Origin: Catajapyx aquilonaris
Lineage: Eukaryota
DNA: 50,047 bases
Direction of reading: 5' to 3'
Assembly: GCA_000934665.2 (NCBI GenBank)
Contig: JYFJ02000727.1
Coordinates: forward strand, 62,001 to 112,047
Shown here: one piece after another, positions 47,259 to 50,047 of the stretch
How the letters are laid out: each line of letters opens with the position of its first letter
How positions within the stretch are numbered: the stretch's first letter is position 1
Position numbers and translations under genes: made by a program
The notes under the pieces: generated by a model
The model's input: only the letters and a program-made list of their open reading frames with translations
What the model was told of the DNA's origin: nothing
Database searches by the model: none

Positions 47259-49508
47259 ATGGCCCCTGGTATGGTGAAGCCCCTGGAGTCTTTCGTACCT
47301 GGAACGGCGGCGAACTGGACTCTGTACGAAGAGAGATGCCAGATTTTCTTCAGGGCAGCCAAAATAAAGGATGAACAACAGAAAGGTGACATGTTCCTGT
47401 CAATGTGTGGAGCAGATACCTATGCTTTACTCAGGTCACTCATGAGCCCTACCTCACCAATTGGAGCCAGTTACTCTACTATCGTAGAGACTCTTAGAAG
47501 GCACTACGTACCTGCCCCTTCACCTATCGTGGAACGGTTCCACTTGCATAAGAGGGACCAAAAGGTGGGGGAAGAAGTTGCTCAGTATGTTGCAGAACTT
47601 CGAAGGTTGTCGGCCAATTGTGATTATGGTGAGATGTTGGAGGAGATGCTCAGAGACAGATTTGTGTGGGGCCTGAGAGACCAGGCCACACAGGTGCGTT
47701 TGTTGGGAGAAGCCAACTTGACCTTCAACAAGGCCGTGGACATCGCCACTGCAGCAGAGGCAGCTGAGATAAATGTGAAACAATTGCGTTCGCAGTCCAC
47801 CATGGAGTCAGAGGTGCACCAGATAAGGGGAAGGCCGGATGTCCAGAAACCCGGAGTTCGGTGTTCTCGTTGCGGCTCCACTAATCACCATGGCAACACA
47901 TGTTGGGCCAAGGAGGTGAGCTGTAATCTATGTGGAAAAAATGGTCACATAGCCAAGGTCTGCAAGTCAAAGAAGGCAAGTGAGAAGCCCATGAAGAAGG
48001 CGGCAGATTATGGAAAATCTACCAGCAAGGCGGTCCAATCGTTGGAAGAGGCAATAAACACAGTCACTATTTTCAATGTGGATGCTGTGGCAAGACATCC
48101 TGCGCCAATGAAGGTGAATCTAGTGATAGCCGGGAAGTCAATAGAGATGGAAGTTGACTCCGGAGCAGCCTGCAGCGTAATAGATTATTCCTACTTTAAG
48201 AAGAAATGGCCCAATCGGGAATGTGAATTACGTCCACTAGACTTCCAGTTGCGGACGTGGTCACAACACCAGTTGGAGGTTGCTGGCTGTTGGAAGGTGG
48301 AAGTTGTTCACAAAGGCCAGCAACATGAACTCCCATTAGTAGTGGCAAAATCAGGTGGACCATGTGTGTTGGGCCGCGACTGGTTCAAACCCTTGGGAAT
48401 CAAAATAGAGGGCTCATCTACAGGGGTGGCTCCCGGGGCAACAGAAGCAGGCCCTAGAGTTAGACCAGGGGTGAGGAGAGTGGGTGGACAGCGGCCAAGA
48501 GGAAGGTTCCGTCCACACACTGTGGATGCTCAGCTCAGGCAGGAGAATGACAGTCTCAAGCTTGCACTGGCACAAAACTCAGCCATTACGAAGAAATGGG
48601 AGGTTGAGCTACAGACACTGAAGGACAACAACAGATGGCTTACTTCTGCCCTGCAGGAGTTAGCGGCCAGCTTGGAGGACTGGAAGGGACAGCTGCAGGC
48701 ACACAAGGAGAAGGGGAAGCAGAATGGAGTTGACGACGCTCAGGAGGAAGTCTCAGGTAGTCAAGTGTTGGCTCAGACAGCTCTTTCGGGCTTTTCCCCA
48801 GCGGTTACGGTCAGCCCCTCAAGCAGTCCAGAAGACCAGTCTCAGAAGTCCACTTCCGAGAAGGAGACTACACCAGAGGAAGTTTTCCCAGAGAAGATCA
48901 CATTAGGTGAGAAGAAAGCTGACAAACAGCCATTGGCGGCTGTTAATGAAGAATCATTGAATCAGCAAGATCAGAAGAATAAGAAGAAGACGAAGAAAAA
49001 GAAGACTAAGAAGAAGAATGACCTGACCGAAGTGCTGAAGGACGTGGTCTCGGAACAGATAACCATGGACGACCAAGCTGCCATAGGGGAAGGGGGGCAG
49101 GCCCGTGAGTACCAGGCGGGTGCCCTAGTGTACGCCCAGGACGAGGCAGCTGGGGGGAATTGGGCAAAAGGGAAGGTTATTTCTCCAGCAGGTCCCAGAT
49201 CCTACCTGGTGGAAGTTGCAGGAGGACAACAATGGAGACGACATGTGAACCACCTGCTCCAAAGATTGGGGAGGAAGGACGATGATACACCAGCAGTACG
49301 GGGTACATCGGATGCCATCAAGGGCCTCCTGAAGAAGTCCAGTGGGAGGACCCAGCAGTGCGAGTGCGAGCGGACCAGTTGCTACGATGACTATGAGACA
49401 GTGGCAGAATCAGAAGAGGCAGTAGAGGAGCCACACCCTGGTTTTCCAGAGCTGCGCCGGAGTGGAAGGGTCACCAGACGACCACCACCCCTACAGGACT
49501 ACGTCTAG
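47259..49508 (+). CDS. Chimeric polyprotein (749 aa from ATG): Gag capsid, 2x CCHC knuckle, aspartic protease, Homer-like coiled coil, Ser/Glu- and Lys-rich tract, integrase C-terminal domain
   Basis: ATG in ACCATGG context at 47259 (the ORF track starts at an upstream TTG). Gag motifs ERFHLHKRDQ...YVAELRRLSANCDYG...MLRDRFVWGL. Knuckles CSRCGSTNHHGNTC and CNLCGKNGHIAKVC (47862-47963). Protease MEVDSGAACS (DSG 48156-48164) and VLGRDW. IN C-terminus WAKGKVISPAGPRSYLVEV...RRHVNHL (49104-49265). Typical tail LRRSGRVTRRPPPLQDYV. Confidence 0.93.
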   Translation: MAPGMVKPLESFVPGTAANWTLYEERCQIFFRAAKIKDEQQKGDMFLSMCGADTYALLRSLMSPTSPIGASYSTIVETLRRHYVPAPSPIVERFHLHKRDQKVGEEVAQYVAELRRLSANCDYGEMLEEMLRDRFVWGLRDQATQVRLLGEANLTFNKAVDIATAAEAAEINVKQLRSQSTMESEVHQIRGRPDVQKPGVRCSRCGSTNHHGNTCWAKEVSCNLCGKNGHIAKVCKSKKASEKPMKKAADYGKSTSKAVQSLEEAINTVTIFNVDAVARHPAPMKVNLVIAGKSIEMEVDSGAACSVIDYSYFKKKWPNRECELRPLDFQLRTWSQHQLEVAGCWKVEVVHKGQQHELPLVVAKSGGPCVLGRDWFKPLGIKIEGSSTGVAPGATEAGPRVRPGVRRVGGQRPRGRFRPHTVDAQLRQENDSLKLALAQNSAITKKWEVELQTLKDNNRWLTSALQELAASLEDWKGQLQAHKEKGKQNGVDDAQEEVSGSQVLAQTALSGFSPAVTVSPSSSPEDQSQKSTSEKETTPEEVFPEKITLGEKKADKQPLAAVNEESLNQQDQKNKKKTKKKKTKKKNDLTEVLKDVVSEQITMDDQAAIGEGGQAREYQAGALVYAQDEAAGGNWAKGKVISPAGPRSYLVEVAGGQQWRRHVNHLLQRLGRKDDDTPAVRGTSDAIKGLLKKSSGRTQQCECERTSCYDDYETVAESEEAVEEPHPGFPELRRSGRVTRRPPPLQDYV
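48522..48710 (+). other. Captured host-gene fragment: Homer-family coiled coil (N-terminal part of the coiled-coil region)
   Basis: DAQLRQENDSLKLALAQNSAITKKWEVELQTLKDNNRWLTSALQELAASLEDWKGQLQAHKE aligns without gaps to the invertebrate Homer segment I recall as ...[55 protein letters not shown].AYKE. Recognised from memory, not searched. Confidence 0.85.
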
Positions 49509-49543
49509 TCAAATTGTGGAAGATGGTTCCTGACATTTGTACT

Positions 49544-49555
49544 GGGGGGAAGGAG
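49544..49555 (+). promoter_or_regulatory. Polypurine tract
   Basis: GGGGGGAAGGAG immediately precedes the 3' LTR. Confidence 0.9.
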
Positions 49556-49726
49556 TGTTGTGTCCTGTAATTATTGTAACCAGTTGCCAGACAACTGTGA
49601 CTTGTTTGTCTTGTTGTAGGAACAGACCTTGAAGCTGGTCTGTTCTCGGGCTCCAGTCGTATTCTTGTAATACACCTGTTTTAGTTCATCCCCTGAGTCC
49701 TTCTTACCAGCCGCCCATACACAACA
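49556..49726 (+). repeat. 3' LTR (171 bp)
   Basis: Identical to the 5' LTR except at 49691 (C vs A at 47103) and 49714 (C vs T at 47126). Followed by TSD GTACC. Confidence 0.98.
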
Positions 49727-50047
49727 GTACCCCTACCTTTACCATCACCCCAGCATACCCGGGCAACGCCGGGTAACCTGCTAGTACGCAATGAACTCTC
49801 TGAGACTGACACTGCTAGCAGAGGTTTCATCCGAGTGTCAGCCACCTCGCAGGTTGGTATCGCACCATTTTTATCCAAAAACATTTTTGTCCGATGACAG
49901 GACGAAGTTAGAGGTCATTTGACAATATTGAGGGAAATTGCTCAACTCGATTCAGCTGATAGCGATTTGAAATGGCCGTTATCAGCGACTAGCTATCTGA
50001 CTGGTCGCTTGTATGCTACTTCTGACCCCCATCCTTTGCCCCCCCCC

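Larger units (their letters stand above)
46968..49726 (+). mobile_element. Non-autonomous Ty3/gypsy (Mag-like) LTR retrotransposon, full-length insertion, 2,759 bp
   Basis: Paired 171-bp LTRs with TG...CA ends, 5-bp TSD GTACC (46963-46967 and 49727-49731), PBS, PPT and a gag-protease ORF. No RT (YxDD), RNase H or integrase HHCC/DDE core. Confidence 0.97.
46622..49784 (+). mobile_element. Small non-autonomous Helitron (~400 bp without the nested LTR element); 3' end clear, 5' end tentative
   Basis: 3' end: perfect 7-bp hairpin TACCCGG-GCAACG-CCGGGTA (49756-49775), then ACCTG-CTAG|T at 49784, the canonical Helitron terminus. Candidate 5' end A|TCTACGTACATTTCTAAAG at 46622 gives an A|T target. 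Confidence 0.55.

Noticed and set aside
48757..48801. GT...polypyrimidine-CAG mini-intron inside the retroelement ORF
   Set aside because: Only 45 nt, weak donor, in frame without stops; no evidence of splicing.
47259..49508. Domesticated Arc-like host gene
   Set aside because: Near-identical LTRs, TSD, PBS and PPT show a recent mobile insertion rather than a fixed domesticated gene. A host effect is not excluded.
1..50047. CRISPR arrays, rRNA or prokaryotic operon-like systems
   Set aside because: No regularly spaced repeat-spacer array or rRNA motif was seen; the sequence is animal genomic DNA.

Overview
Eukaryotic, mostly non-coding animal DNA, probably an invertebrate/arthropod (inferred from the BTG protein and the Homer-like segment; the species cannot be determined). 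There is one clear host gene: an intronless BTG1/BTG2-like antiproliferative gene on the minus strand (16693-17265). It has a CRE-rich promoter, a 3-codon uORF and a ~1.45 kb 3'UTR carrying K-box and bantam seed sites. About 28 kb of apparently gene-free DNA lies upstream of it. The standout is a young, structurally complete 2,759-bp Ty3/gypsy (Mag-like) LTR element at 46968-49726, with 171-bp LTRs differing at 2 positions, a GTACC target-site duplication, a tRNA-Ser(GCU) PBS and a PPT. Its single uninterrupted ORF encodes Gag, two CCHC knuckles and an aspartic protease. RT, RNase H and the integrase core are absent; in their place are a segment strongly resembling the coiled coil of the synaptic scaffold protein Homer and a Ser/Glu- and Lys-rich tract, fused in frame to the integrase C-terminal domain. 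The element appears to be nested in a small Helitron. Other repeats are two tRNA-derived SINEs, several MITE-like inverted-repeat elements and microsatellites. All homology calls come from recalled motifs; no search was run.
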